NCBI GenBank assembly: GCA_963775425.1
Contig: CAVZJB010000017.1
Coordinates: 64,001 to 128,000 of the forward strand
Direction of reading: 5' to 3'
Length of the DNA: 64,000 bases
DNA from: an uncultured delta proteobacterium
GTDB taxonomy: Bacteria > Myxococcota > UBA727 > VGSZ01
Part shown: piece after piece, positions 50,601 to 59,140 of the stretch
How the letters are laid out: each line of letters starts with the position of its first letter
How positions within the stretch are numbered: position 1 is the first letter of the stretch
Position numbers and translations under genes: made by a program
Notes under the pieces: model-generated
Seen by the model: the letters and a program-made list of their open reading frames with translations, nothing else
The model's database searches: none
Told to the model about the DNA's origin: nothing

Positions 50601-53600
50601 GGGCTGCCCACGGGGGCGGCTTTCAACGCCGCCACGGGCGCGTTCTCATGGACCCCCTCGTCGGCCGACATCGGCAACCACAGCGTCACCTTCACCGCCA
50701 GCGACGGCGCGCTCACGGACCAGGAGACCATCAACATCGCCGTCGGCAACGTGAACGATCCGCCCGTGCTCGACGCCGTCGGCGACAAGAGCGTCAACGA
50801 GGGCGTCACGCTGTCCTTCACCGTCACGGCCAGCGACCCCGACGGCACCACCCCGACGCTCAACGCCGTCGGCGAGCCCGGCGCCGACCCGTTCCTCGCC
50901 GGCGCCACGTTCAACGCCGCAACCGGGGCGTTCTCCTGGGCCACAGACTTCACGGACAGCGGCACGTACTTCGTGACGTTCTCCGCCAGCGACAGCGAGT
51001 TCACCGACACCGAGATCGTGCAGATCACCGTCGCCGAGGTGAACCGCCCGCCGGTCATCACGTCCACGGCGCCCACCACCACCAACGAGGACGCGGTCTT
51101 CACGTACGCTGCCGCCGGCAACGACCCCGACGGCGACAGCATCTCGTGGTCGCTGACCACCAGGCCGGCCGGCATGGTCATCAACGCGAGCTCCGGCGCG
51201 GTCACCTGGGATCGCCCGCTGCAGGCCGACGTCGGCCCGCACGCGGTCACCATCCACCTCAGCGACGGCCGGGGCGGCAGCGCCGATCAGTCGTTCACGC
51301 TCACGGTCCAAAACGTCAACGACGCGCCCGTGTTCACGTCGTCGCCGCCCACGTCGGGGACCGAGGACGTCGCCTTCAGCTACACCGCCACCGCCACCGA
51401 CGAGGACCCCGGCACCACGCTCGTGTTCAGCGCCCCGACGCTGCCCGCGTGGCTCTCCTTCAACGCGTCCACCCACGTCCTGTCTGGGACGCCGCGCGAA
51501 GGCGACTCCGGCAACAACGCGGTCACGTTGCGGGTGAGCGACGGCACCGTCAACGTCGACCAGAGCTTCGTCATCGCCGTCGCGGCGGTGAACGATCCGC
51601 CGGCGTTCGTGGCCCCGACGCCGTCTGGCACCGTGAACGGCGCCGAGGGCTCGCTGCTCACCTTCACCCTCGCCGCCACCGACCCCGACAGCGCCAACCT
51701 CAGCTTCTCGATGACGGGCCTGCCCACCGGGGCAACGCTCAACGCGGCCAGCGGCGCCTTTTCGTGGACGCCGTCGTTCACCGACGCCGGCACGCGCAAC
51801 GTCACGCTCGTCGTCAGCGACGGCGCGCTGCAGGACACGCGGCCCCTCGCCATCGTCATCGCCGACACCGACCGGCCGCCGGTCATCTCGGCCCCGGCCA
51901 CGGCGTCGGGGGCCGAGGGCACGCTCATCTCGTTCAGCGTGAGCGGCTCCGATCCCGACGGCGACGCGGTGACGCTGTCGCTGGTGTCCGGCCCCACGGG
52001 CGCCACGTTCAACGCCGCCACCGGCGCCTTCTCGTTCACGCCGGACTTCAACCAGTCCGGCACCCAGACGGCCACCTTCCGCGCCACCGCCGGCGGTCTC
52101 ACGGCCGACGCCACCACCACCATCACCGTGAGCGACGTGAACCGCCCGCCGGTGGTCACGTCCACGGCGCCCACGAGCGCCAACGAAGACGCGCTCCTCA
52201 CCTATACCGTCACCGCCAGCGATCCCGACGGGGACACACCGCTCAGCTTCGCGCTCACGGTGGGTCCGTCCAACGCCACGCTCGGGCCCACGACGCCGGC
52301 GTCGCCGACGGCCGCGCTGTTGTCGTGGACGCCGGTGCAGGCGCAGGTCGGCAGCAAGCAGTTCGAGATCCGCGTGAGCGACGGCCACGGCGGTGTCGTC
52401 AACCACGACTTCACCATCGTGGTAGCCAACGTGAACGACCCGCCCGTGTTCACCTCCGTCGCGCCCACCGCCGCCACACAGGACGTGCCCTACAACTACA
52501 CGCCCACCACCTCCGACGAGGACGGCGACACGCTCTCGTTCAGCCTGACCACGGCGCCGGCGACCATGACGGTCAACGCCGCCAGCGGCGCGCTCACCTA
52601 CCTGCCGCGAAACGCGGACGTCGGAAGCCACAACGTCGCGCTCAAGGTCGACGACGGCCACGGCGGGACGGCCACCCAGAGCTTCACCGTCGTCGTCGCC
52701 AACGTGAACGACGCGCCCGTGTTCGCGGCCAACCCCGCGCCTGCCACGGCGGTGCTCCAGGACGACACCTTCACGTTCAAGCCCTCGGTGACCGACCCCG
52801 ACACCGGCGACACCGTCACGCTGAGCCTCGTGTCGCCGCCGTCGGGCATGACGCTCGTGAACGGCGCCGGAAATGCGAGCGGCCCCAAGGACACCGTCAC
52901 ATGGACGCCCGGCAACGACGACGTCGGCGACCACCCCGTCCGCGTCCGCGCCACCAATCCGCACGGCGCCACCACGGACCTCGCGTTCACGCTCACCGTG
53001 GTGAACGTCAACGACACGCCGTTCTTCGCCACCGCGCCCATCGACGCCGCCGTCACCGAGGGCGCGCTGTTCTCGGCCACCGTCGTCGCCGACGACATCG
53101 ACCTCGGCGACTCGCTCGTCTACACGCTCATCGGCAACCCGCCGCGCGCCGCCATCGATCCGGACACGGGCGCGCTCACGTTCCTGCCCGACGACCCCGA
53201 CACGGGGCCCGCGTCGCCCGTGACGTTCACCGTCCGCGTCGAAGACCTCGCCGGCGCCTTCGTCGAACAGACCGCGCGCTTCACCGTGACCGCGGTGAAC
53301 GATCCGCCGGTGCTCGCCCCCATCGCGGACGTGCAGGTGCAGCCCGGTGACACGGTCACCATCACGCTGTCCGCCACCGATCCCGACGGGCCGGTGCAGA
53401 CCTTCATCGCCACCGCGTCCGACGGCGGGCCGCTGCCCGCGGGCGCCACGCTCACCGGCAACGTGTTCACCTGGCCCACGGACGCGGGCGACCTCGGCGT
53501 CACGGAGCTCACGTTCAAGGTGTCGGACTCCATCACCGTCGACACGCAGAACGTCACCATCATCGTCGGCGACGGCGGCCTGCCGCCGGTGCTCACGCTC

Positions 53601-56102
53601 CCGCCCGACGCCAGCGTCGACGAAGGGCAGCTCCTGCAAGCCACCGTCAGCGACACCGATCCAAACGGCGATCCGCCGCCTCCCGTCACCGCGCAGAACC
53701 TCCCCCCGGGCGCCACCTTCGACGGCAGCGCGTTCGCGTGGACGCCCGGCTTCGATCAGGCCGGCAGCTACACGATCACCTTCGTGGCCACCAACGGCTC
53801 GGGCGCCACCCGGCGCGACTGGCTCGTCACCGTGCGCGACAAGAACCGCCCGCCGGTGGTCGACGCACCGCCCGAGCTCGCCGCGCTCGAGGCGTCGCCG
53901 TACCAAAGCCAGATCGGCGCCCACGATCCCGACGGCGACGTGCTCACCTTCACGTTGGCCACGGGTCCCACCGGCCTCGCGGTCTCGTCGAGCGGCCTCG
54001 TCACCTGGACGCCGGCGTTCGCGGACGTCGGCATCCACGCGCTCACCGTGCGCATCGCCGACGGCAAGGGCGCCGTCATCCAACCGAATTTCAGCATCGT
54101 GGTCGCCGCCATCGACGTCGACGACGACGGCCTCCCCGACACGTACGAGGTGCAGGTCGGGCTCGACCCCACGCGCAACGACGCCGGCGAGGACCCCGAC
54201 CAGGACGGCCTGAGCAACCTCGAGGAATTCATCGAGAACAAGGACCCGTTCGTCTCCAACGCGCCCGGCGCACCGGTGCTGCTCGCCCCCGCCGACGGCG
54301 CGCGCAGCGACGTGGCCCGGCCGACGTTCACGTGGAGCCCCTCCACCGATCCCGACGGCGACGCGGTCTCCTACGAGCTGCGCGTGGCGCCCGTCGATGA
54401 CCCGAGCTCGTTCGTCATCAACGCGAGCGTGCCGGACGCGGCCGGCGAGGTGAGCTTCACCGCCGCCACCGACCTCGCCGAGAACACCCGCTACACCTGG
54501 CGCGTGCGCGCCACCGACGGCGTCGGCTTCTCCACCGCCGTCTCGCGCACGGTGCTCATCGACACCGTCAACGAGCCGGCGCCCGCGCCCACGCTCATCT
54601 CGCCGCCCGACGGCGCGTCCGTCGCGACGCAGACGCCCACGCTGCGCATCAACCCCGTGGTGGACCCCGACGACGAGCCCGTCAGCTACATCTTCCGCCT
54701 GCGCACCGGGCCGAGCGATCCCCCCACGTTCGAGAGCCAACCCGTCGCGGCGCCGCCCACGGGCACGGTCTCGCTCGTCGTGCCGGACCTGTTGCCCGAC
54801 GGCTCGCGCTGGTTCTGGGAAGCGCAGTCGCGCGACGCCCGCGGCCTGCTCGGCGGCATCGGCGGCCCATCCACGTTCACCGTCGACGTCACCAACCTGC
54901 CGCCGAGCGATCCGGTCGTCATCTCGCCCGCCGACGGCGAGACCGTCTCTACGCCGAACCTCACGCTGAGCTTCGTCGAGAGCATCGACCCCGAGGGCGC
55001 CGCCGTCGTCGACACCGTGCAGGTGGCGCGCGACGCGGGCTTCGATCCCGCCGGCCGGCTCGACTTTGGCCCGCTCTCCGCCGTCGGCGGCGTCGTGAGC
55101 GTCGATCTCCAGGACCTCAGCGACGGCGTCGTCTTCTGGCGCGCGAGCGCGTCGGACGGCGTGGTCGCGAGCGACGTGGTCGAGGGCAGCTTCACCGTCG
55201 ACGCCACCGACGACCCCCCTGCGGCGCCGAGCCTCATCGCGCCGTCGAACAACGCGCTCGTCGAGTCCCACGACGTGCTGACGGTGGTCGAGCTCACCGC
55301 CGACCCCGAGGGCGGCCCGGTGGCGGCGCACATCGAGATCCTCGACACCGCGGACACGCTCATCACCTCCGTCGACGACGTCGCCGACGAAGACGACGGC
55401 GTCGTTGACGGACAGGCGCGCGCGACGTTCACGCTCGACGACGGCCTCTACCACTGGCGCGCGCGCGTGGACGAGCCGGACGGAGTGGTCTCGGCGTTCT
55501 CCGAGGTCCACACGTTCCGCGTGCAGGCGGGGAACGCGCGGCCCGCGGCGCCCGTGCTCATCGCGCCCGCCGAGGGCGAGGTGGTCACCACTGCCACGCC
55601 CACGCTCCGCTTCGCCGAGGCCGTCGATCCCGACGGCGACGCCGTCACCCACGACGTCACCGTGCACGTCGACGGCGCACTCGCGTTCTCCCAGGCGGGG
55701 CTCCGCGCCGAGGGCGGCGTGGTCGAGCTCACCGTGCCTTCGCCCCTCCCCGCCGGCGCCGCGACATGGACGGTGCGCGGGCGCGACCTCGGTGGCGCCG
55801 GCAATCCCGCCGTGGGCACCTTCGTCATCGACCTCGGCGGCGGCGACGACGCCGGCGTCCCCGACAGCGACGGCGGCCCCGTCGTCGACGGCGGGCCCGG
55901 CGCCGACGCCGGCACCGACGAAGGCGTCGACGGGGGGACCACCAAGCCCGGCGACGACATCCCCGTCACCGGCGACTTCGGCCCGGCGCCGCTGCCGCCT
56001 GCGAGCTGCGGCGGCTGCAGCGGGACCGGTCCCGTCGACGCCGGCTTCTTCGGCGCGGCGCTCGTGCTCCTCGGTGCCGCGCTCCGGCGCCGGCGCCGCT
56101 GA
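44655..56102 (+). CDS. Giant surface protein/adhesin 2 (~3,815 aa), collinear paralog of 33069..44513
   Basis: TTG 44655 after GGAGG (the ORF extends to GTG 44577); signal peptide ...PALA; same domain order; SCGGC-TM-RRRRR terminus. Confidence 0.9.
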   Translation: MRPLFPIAIVVASAFAGTPALAQSITVSSPGDQSVIAGQTLSFNVTSNVNATWSIIRNPSIQTRGCGGLPPIGFLAPVIGATISSGPSTSATVTYDGAYTAYGIGTQTCVKVTACVGTTCSSSAFFNIVVSKSSAEHATARAHNTVVDIGSTKGTKIAVYPRQSSVLSGVLPSTVMELASCPPGAAECAPPSLPSWITGANITDRYGVIAKPPFGTVPGLWTFRVKPPSITSEREPNDSTTNADPITNGVNVTGSVSHNILFGFGDTDVFFVEGVSGQTLTAEEVAPCPSLATTVAIVDRNGNTLNTRSAAAGVCASVSLIMTSNAQHFISVSTSGNGNTDYVLRARGPAGQPPPGSRTVDLHLIGPDNVRTDRRYNAAGSTDPFPAEAEDEPRNDVFAEGAVSQFGPVRGDLDPAGDTDTFQFYADPRFPSTFAIVGDHGGPCPSSSMRLVIKENTNGGLVTLADSDDHPGACAAIHEFVAPHEGSYYVTVSDDANEQAPGYMLEDLGDGGTEHEPNGTTGTASFIGEPEGVMAIGSLSSSSDVDFWFLQNKILPGDVIAARATGVDEVCPGAMTLSLLYDNTSGSCSAVGAGVVVIDTVTGDGTTCPAFDLEVAPCAGTYYLEASNGPVDEYRIIGRIFPASPPLPDVTGDFGEFDTQTFTYGTCGAGQSLAYSGNTGTFHNVSHVALYDESGESTTPACSASTTAAFDGAGICRFFADEPVDDGTLGISFVYDRRGSSSILYAPDLSQFGPVGAPLFKKFHVVGYASGADPTRNADSKYLKSVGNFFLFADTTLHYSNARGGNDLEYQMRHECNTYCGLPGCATFSDPSDCGGKAACVVDAPYDEGAHIRFDLSRYNRTASVTLARCTGFSDSACTQPLLGASYDSATDELRWDVPSTAGTAQQFFRLRAQASGDPTNDFYFVVNTRDVPAFGLTGSDLYPASLREDHPEGFQTEDARFVEVAGAFGFSHNTPASRSLLPNDIVIARVLGLNGLFAPPRTFHVDVSNRGNQASAATFLDVFVVDPFFDTNGNLSYPIPQDAVPYTSVAVPAMAVGASQNVSFTLAENDMFTQDALTLRPRALHVQVRGNTTEPVNASANNVLGPVIFSEVVGTIRKLGNDVHGEIVSVTPASPHEGDAVSVYTVVESKPCPASPPEVLRFYNDQPSPPTGSTAFDEQLTLPGLGDGGCTAGFTHVFTAHKPANATDTLSLRAFADATNTVAEDNETNNIMPSTANAFPLPVQNTPPSFLTNPPTAATEDITYSYDVQVNDDDAVDRARMTLTLQSGPAGMVLNTPVLFGNGKRATLSWAPTDAQAAAGTQSVTLRTCDGDPVVGGAGACVDQSFVINVTRVNDPPIITSTPPNPVLATEDALTSYTMTAVDEESGTVTFSISTPPPQNGGSNPMTVTTLSPTSARFDWTPGDDGVGSKSAQLRVSDGVNAVTQVVNFNVANVNDTPVVGPASSSVGTEDQPFSATLSINDADVDVSAIAQTFVCSLVGAPSWVSVATTNTTPRHCTLSGTPLNADTGLNSFTVRVTDNGSPPLHGDRAVSIDVANVNDAPSLGAPSATSATQGQPFTATLAVSDADLSAPGAGESFTFFKDQGPAAMVLTPGAASVTLTWTPGPADVNPPTVPVTIRVRDSGGLESSRSFTVSVTNVNDPPVLQDPPDATITEGQSFNVTLVATDADIAAGLSDTLTFSIVSGAPPGMSINSATGAVALGTTDDAQVGTFNVKVRVRDAANTGTDQTFVLTVTNVEEPPVLAPLGDESTDEDAPYTRTISATDPDPGSSVTYSLTSPPAGMTIGSSSGVINFTPANADVGDHTITVVAKDNTNRTATQSYTLTVINVNDAPVITSTPITTGTQDQPYSYAFTANDVDAGDVLTLSAITLPSWLLFNTNTGVLAGTPRNADAFAANNVTLRVSDGTVAVTQSFSITVANVNDPPVLAPIGNKAVNENANLSFSVGATDPDPGTTLTLSVTGLPTGAAFNAATGAFSWTPSSADIGNHSVTFTASDGALTDQETINIAVGNVNDPPVLDAVGDKSVNEGVTLSFTVTASDPDGTTPTLNAVGEPGADPFLAGATFNAATGAFSWATDFTDSGTYFVTFSASDSEFTDTEIVQITVAEVNRPPVITSTAPTTTNEDAVFTYAAAGNDPDGDSISWSLTTRPAGMVINASSGAVTWDRPLQADVGPHAVTIHLSDGRGGSADQSFTLTVQNVNDAPVFTSSPPTSGTEDVAFSYTATATDEDPGTTLVFSAPTLPAWLSFNASTHVLSGTPREGDSGNNAVTLRVSDGTVNVDQSFVIAVAAVNDPPAFVAPTPSGTVNGAEGSLLTFTLAATDPDSANLSFSMTGLPTGATLNAASGAFSWTPSFTDAGTRNVTLVVSDGALQDTRPLAIVIADTDRPPVISAPATASGAEGTLISFSVSGSDPDGDAVTLSLVSGPTGATFNAATGAFSFTPDFNQSGTQTATFRATAGGLTADATTTITVSDVNRPPVVTSTAPTSANEDALLTYTVTASDPDGDTPLSFALTVGPSNATLGPTTPASPTAALLSWTPVQAQVGSKQFEIRVSDGHGGVVNHDFTIVVANVNDPPVFTSVAPTAATQDVPYNYTPTTSDEDGDTLSFSLTTAPATMTVNAASGALTYLPRNADVGSHNVALKVDDGHGGTATQSFTVVVANVNDAPVFAANPAPATAVLQDDTFTFKPSVTDPDTGDTVTLSLVSPPSGMTLVNGAGNASGPKDTVTWTPGNDDVGDHPVRVRATNPHGATTDLAFTLTVVNVNDTPFFATAPIDAAVTEGALFSATVVADDIDLGDSLVYTLIGNPPRAAIDPDTGALTFLPDDPDTGPASPVTFTVRVEDLAGAFVEQTARFTVTAVNDPPVLAPIADVQVQPGDTVTITLSATDPDGPVQTFIATASDGGPLPAGATLTGNVFTWPTDAGDLGVTELTFKVSDSITVDTQNVTIIVGDGGLPPVLTLPPDASVDEGQLLQATVSDTDPNGDPPPPVTAQNLPPGATFDGSAFAWTPGFDQAGSYTITFVATNGSGATRRDWLVTVRDKNRPPVVDAPPELAALEASPYQSQIGAHDPDGDVLTFTLATGPTGLAVSSSGLVTWTPAFADVGIHALTVRIADGKGAVIQPNFSIVVAAIDVDDDGLPDTYEVQVGLDPTRNDAGEDPDQDGLSNLEEFIENKDPFVSNAPGAPVLLAPADGARSDVARPTFTWSPSTDPDGDAVSYELRVAPVDDPSSFVINASVPDAAGEVSFTAATDLAENTRYTWRVRATDGVGFSTAVSRTVLIDTVNEPAPAPTLISPPDGASVATQTPTLRINPVVDPDDEPVSYIFRLRTGPSDPPTFESQPVAAPPTGTVSLVVPDLLPDGSRWFWEAQSRDARGLLGGIGGPSTFTVDVTNLPPSDPVVISPADGETVSTPNLTLSFVESIDPEGAAVVDTVQVARDAGFDPAGRLDFGPLSAVGGVVSVDLQDLSDGVVFWRASASDGVVASDVVEGSFTVDATDDPPAAPSLIAPSNNALVESHDVLTVVELTADPEGGPVAAHIEILDTADTLITSVDDVADEDDGVVDGQARATFTLDDGLYHWRARVDEPDGVVSAFSEVHTFRVQAGNARPAAPVLIAPAEGEVVTTATPTLRFAEAVDPDGDAVTHDVTVHVDGALAFSQAGLRAEGGVVELTVPSPLPAGAATWTVRGRDLGGAGNPAVGTFVIDLGGGDDAGVPDSDGGPVVDGGPGADAGTDEGVDGGTTKPGDDIPVTGDFGPAPLPPASCGGCSGTGPVDAGFFGAALVLLGAALRRRRR

Positions 56103-56147
56103 GCCCCGGGGCCCGCTGGGGGCGAGCGCCGTGAGGACGGCCGCGTG

Positions 56148-56837
56148 TCAGCGGCGCGCGTCACCGCCGGGGTGCGCCGCCGGCGACGCGACCAGCCGGG
56201 CGAGCTCGTCGTCGTCGAGGGCGCGCCAGGCGCCGGGCGCGAGGTCGAGCGCAAAGGCCCCGACCGCCACCCGCACGAGGCGGAGCGTCGGGTGGCCGAC
56301 GGCGGCGGTCATGCGGCGCACCTGACGGTTCCTGCCCTCGACGATGCGCAGCTCGAGCCACGCGGTGGGGACGGACTTGCGGAAGCGCACCGGCGGATCG
56401 CGCGGCCACAGCGCGGGCGCGTCGACGAGCCGCGCCCGCGCCGGCAGCGTGCGCGTCCCGTCGAGGACGATGCCGGCCTCGAGCGCGGCGACCGCGGCGG
56501 CGTCCGGGACGCGCTCCACCTGCACCAGGTAGGTCTTTTCGTGGCGCCGCCGTGGAGAGAGCAGCCTGTCGACGAGCGCCTTGTCCGCCGACAGGATCAA
56601 CAAGCCCTCGCTGTCGGCGTCGAGCCTGCCCACCGGCCACACGTCGCGCGGCAGCGCCGGCTGAACGCTCGACAGCGGCGCGTTGTCGCTGCCGTCGGCC
56701 GTGAAGCGCGAGAGCACGCCGTACGGCTTGTTGAGCGCCACCGTGATCCCGCGCCGCAGCCCCGCTCGCTCGCTCACGGCCCGCTCCCGCGCCGCGCGCG
56801 CACGCGATGCCTGCCGCGCTCTTCCCCGATCCGCCAC
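56148..56837 (-). CDS. rluE: rRNA pseudouridine synthase (RluE-like, RsuA family without S4 domain)
   Basis: LNKPYG, VGRLDADSEGL, KTYLVQVE, RDPPVRFR, EGRNRQVRRMTAAVG; start uncertain (alternative GTG 56777). Confidence 0.9.
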   Translation of the reverse strand: MADRGRARQASRARAARERAVSERAGLRRGITVALNKPYGVLSRFTADGSDNAPLSSVQPALPRDVWPVGRLDADSEGLLILSADKALVDRLLSPRRRHEKTYLVQVERVPDAAAVAALEAGIVLDGTRTLPARARLVDAPALWPRDPPVRFRKSVPTAWLELRIVEGRNRQVRRMTAAVGHPTLRLVRVAVGAFALDLAPGAWRALDDDELARLVASPAAHPGGDARR

Positions 56838-56841
56838 GTCG

Positions 56842-58215
56842 TCACCCCCGGGGCGCGTCGCGCGCCACCGTGAAGCCGAAGCGGCCCGCGCCGCCTTTTT
56901 GGCCGGCGAAGGCGACGCCGCCGTGGGCCTCGGCGATGCGCTTGACGAGCGAGAGCCCGAGCCCGAGCGAGCCCTTGTCGCCTCGATGAAAGAACGGCTC
57001 GAACACGCGCTCCGCGTCCTCCGGCGCGACGCCTTGGCCGCTGTCCTCCACGACGAACGCGAGCTCGTCCTCGCGCGGCTCGAGGATGAGGCGCACGACG
57101 CCGCCGCCGTGGGTGCGCGCGTTTTCGAGCAGGTTGCCGAGGGCGCCGAGCAGGAGCGTGGGATCGCCCCGCACCGTGATCGCGCGTAAGCCCTCCGACC
57201 CGGTGCCGCTCGGGCCGGCGACGGGCAGGGTCAGCTTGTCGGGGGGCTCCCCTGCCCGCTCGAGCGCGCGGCGGGCGAGGTCGACGGCGTCGACGTCGCG
57301 CTTGTCGGCGAGGGCGAAGTCGAGGCGGGAGCTGGCGAGCAACTTCTCGATGAGCGCGTCCATCTCGAGCACCTCGCGCTCGATGTCGTCGACGACCTTG
57401 TCGCTCGGCTTGTCGCGCAGGAGCTCCACGAGGATGCGCAGGTGGCCGAGCGGCGTGCGCATCTCGTGCGACGCGCCCGCGAGGAGCGCGCGCTGGTCGC
57501 GGAGCTGGGTCTCGATGCGATCGGCCATCTCGGAGAGCGCGTCGGCGAGCACGCGCACCTCGAGGACGGCGCGCCGGCCCACCCTCGGGCGCGCGCGCAG
57601 GTCGCCCTCGCCGATGCGGCGCGCGACGTCGACGAGGTTCCTGATGGGTCGCGCGGCGGCGCGCGCGAACACCGCGGACACCGTCCACAGCACGCTCAAC
57701 GCCGCCGCGAGCGCCAGCGCGCCCCGCCAGGGTGGGCCGTGCTGGCCCGGGCGGCACGCGGTGAGGCGGCCGAGCTTGTGTCCGCCGTCGTCGCGGACGT
57801 CGAACGCGAACGACGACGCGGCGCCGCAGTCGCCCGGGCGCCCGCCCGTGAACAACACGGCGCCGTCGCGGTCCACGAGGACGACACGCACCTCGAGGTC
57901 ACGCGCGGCGTCGCTCAACAACTGCGCGCGCGCGGCCGGGTCGTCCCACGTGCGCGCGAGCTGCGACGACGCGAAGGCTCGAAAGCGCGCCATCTCGTGC
58001 CACCACGCGTTCGGCCCCGAGCTGAGGCTCACGACGAACATCACTGCGGCGGCGGTGGCGGCGATGGAGGCGAAGCCGCCGAAGAAGAGCACCCGGTGCA
58101 GCGTGATGTGTCTGCGGTGCCAGCGGCGCCCGTGGGGACCGGGCCCGTGCATCTCGTGGTGCCACGCGTGGCGGCGCCCGTGCCCATGCGCGCCGTGGTT
58201 CGAGCGCCCCCTCAA
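56842..58215 (-). CDS. HAMP-domain sensor histidine kinase with His-rich N-terminus
   Basis: 2 TMs, HAMP, SHEMRTPL H-box, NLLENA, EDSGQG, FEPF, GLGLSL; TTGA overlap with the regulator. Confidence 0.93.
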   Translation of the reverse strand: MRGRSNHGAHGHGRRHAWHHEMHGPGPHGRRWHRRHITLHRVLFFGGFASIAATAAAVMFVVSLSSGPNAWWHEMARFRAFASSQLARTWDDPAARAQLLSDAARDLEVRVVLVDRDGAVLFTGGRPGDCGAASSFAFDVRDDGGHKLGRLTACRPGQHGPPWRGALALAAALSVLWTVSAVFARAAARPIRNLVDVARRIGEGDLRARPRVGRRAVLEVRVLADALSEMADRIETQLRDQRALLAGASHEMRTPLGHLRILVELLRDKPSDKVVDDIEREVLEMDALIEKLLASSRLDFALADKRDVDAVDLARRALERAGEPPDKLTLPVAGPSGTGSEGLRAITVRGDPTLLLGALGNLLENARTHGGGVVRLILEPREDELAFVVEDSGQGVAPEDAERVFEPFFHRGDKGSLGLGLSLVKRIAEAHGGVAFAGQKGGAGRFGFTVARDAPRG

Positions 58216-58907
58216 TGCCCCTCCTTGCCCTCGCGGGCGTAGACGTAGCCCACGCCGCGAACGGTCTTGATGGGCGAAGGCTCGCCGAGCTTCTGGCGCA
58301 GATGCGAGATGTGGACGTCGACGGTGCGCTCGCTGACGACGACGTCGGCGCGGCCCGCCTCCGCGAGCAGCGCGTCGCGCGGGATGGGCCGCCCCGCGCG
58401 CCGCATCAAGGCGACGAGCACGTCGAGCTCGAGCGCCGTGAGGTCGAGCCCGCGGCCGGCGCGCTCCGCCGTGCGCGCGCCCACATCGACGACGACGTCG
58501 CCCACGGCGACCGTCTCGCTCACACCGCCGAGGACGCTGTCGGGGCTCGCGCGCCGGAGCACCGCGCGCAGCCGCGCGAGCAGCTCGCGCGGGTTGAACG
58601 GCTTTCCAAGGTAGTCGTCGGCGCCGAGCTCGAGCCCCACGATGCGGTCGGCCTCGTCGCCGCGCGCGGTGAGCATCACGACGGGCAACCGGCTCTTCAG
58701 ACGAATGCGGCGCACGACCTCGAGGCCGTCGAGCCCGGGCATCATGACGTCGAGGAGCACGGCGTCGAACGCCCCTTGCTCGAGGAGCGCGAGCCCGCGA
58801 CCGCCGTCGGGCGCGTGCGCCACGGTGAAGTCGAACGGCTCGAGGTAGCTCGACAACAGCTCGAACAAGCGAGCGTCGTCGTCGATGAGCAACAGCCGTG
58901 TCGACAT
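58212..58907 (-). CDS. OmpR/CpxR-family response regulator
   Basis: LLIDDD, LDVMMP, MLTA, GADDYLGKPF, RTVDVHISHLR, IKTVRGVGY. Confidence 0.95.
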   Translation of the reverse strand: MSTRLLLIDDDARLFELLSSYLEPFDFTVAHAPDGGRGLALLEQGAFDAVLLDVMMPGLDGLEVVRRIRLKSRLPVVMLTARGDEADRIVGLELGADDYLGKPFNPRELLARLRAVLRRASPDSVLGGVSETVAVGDVVVDVGARTAERAGRGLDLTALELDVLVALMRRAGRPIPRDALLAEAGRADVVVSERTVDVHISHLRQKLGEPSPIKTVRGVGYVYAREGKEGH

Positions 58908-58993
58908 CGGGCTCACGTTAGCATCCCCCCCGCGCGCGCCACGCTCGCCGCGTGGGAGCGGCGAACGTGGCGCTGCGGGGCGCGATGTTGCGG

Positions 58994-59128
58994 CTAGCGC
59001 TCGTGCCAGTGGGCGCAGGCTTGCCCGTGGCAGCGGTGGTGGTGGGAGAGGTGCCAGATGCCGCTGCCGTAGCCGCCGACGACACCGAGCGAGAGGAGGG
59101 CGATGGCGATGATTCTACGTGGGGTCAT
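58994..59128 (-). CDS. Small 44-aa single-pass membrane protein with His/Cys-rich tail
   Basis: Hand translation MTPRRIIAIALLSLGVVGGYGSGIWHLSHHHRCHGQACAHWHER*; AAGGAG RBS; 12 nt after the upstream stop; below the ORF-track cutoff. Confidence 0.78.
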   Translation of the reverse strand: MTPRRIIAIALLSLGVVGGYGSGIWHLSHHHRCHGQACAHWHER

Positions 59129-59140
59129 GGGGGTCTCCTT

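Noticed and set aside
50646-55667. 1,673-aa minus-strand ORF and similar long Arg/Gly-rich ORFs
   Set aside because: Antisense or off-frame products of GC3-biased coding, with no motifs.
33069-56102. Assembly artefact or diversity-generating retroelement explaining the duplication
   Set aside because: The copies are diverged throughout with indels and synonymous changes, and there is no reverse transcriptase or TR/VR pair in the window.
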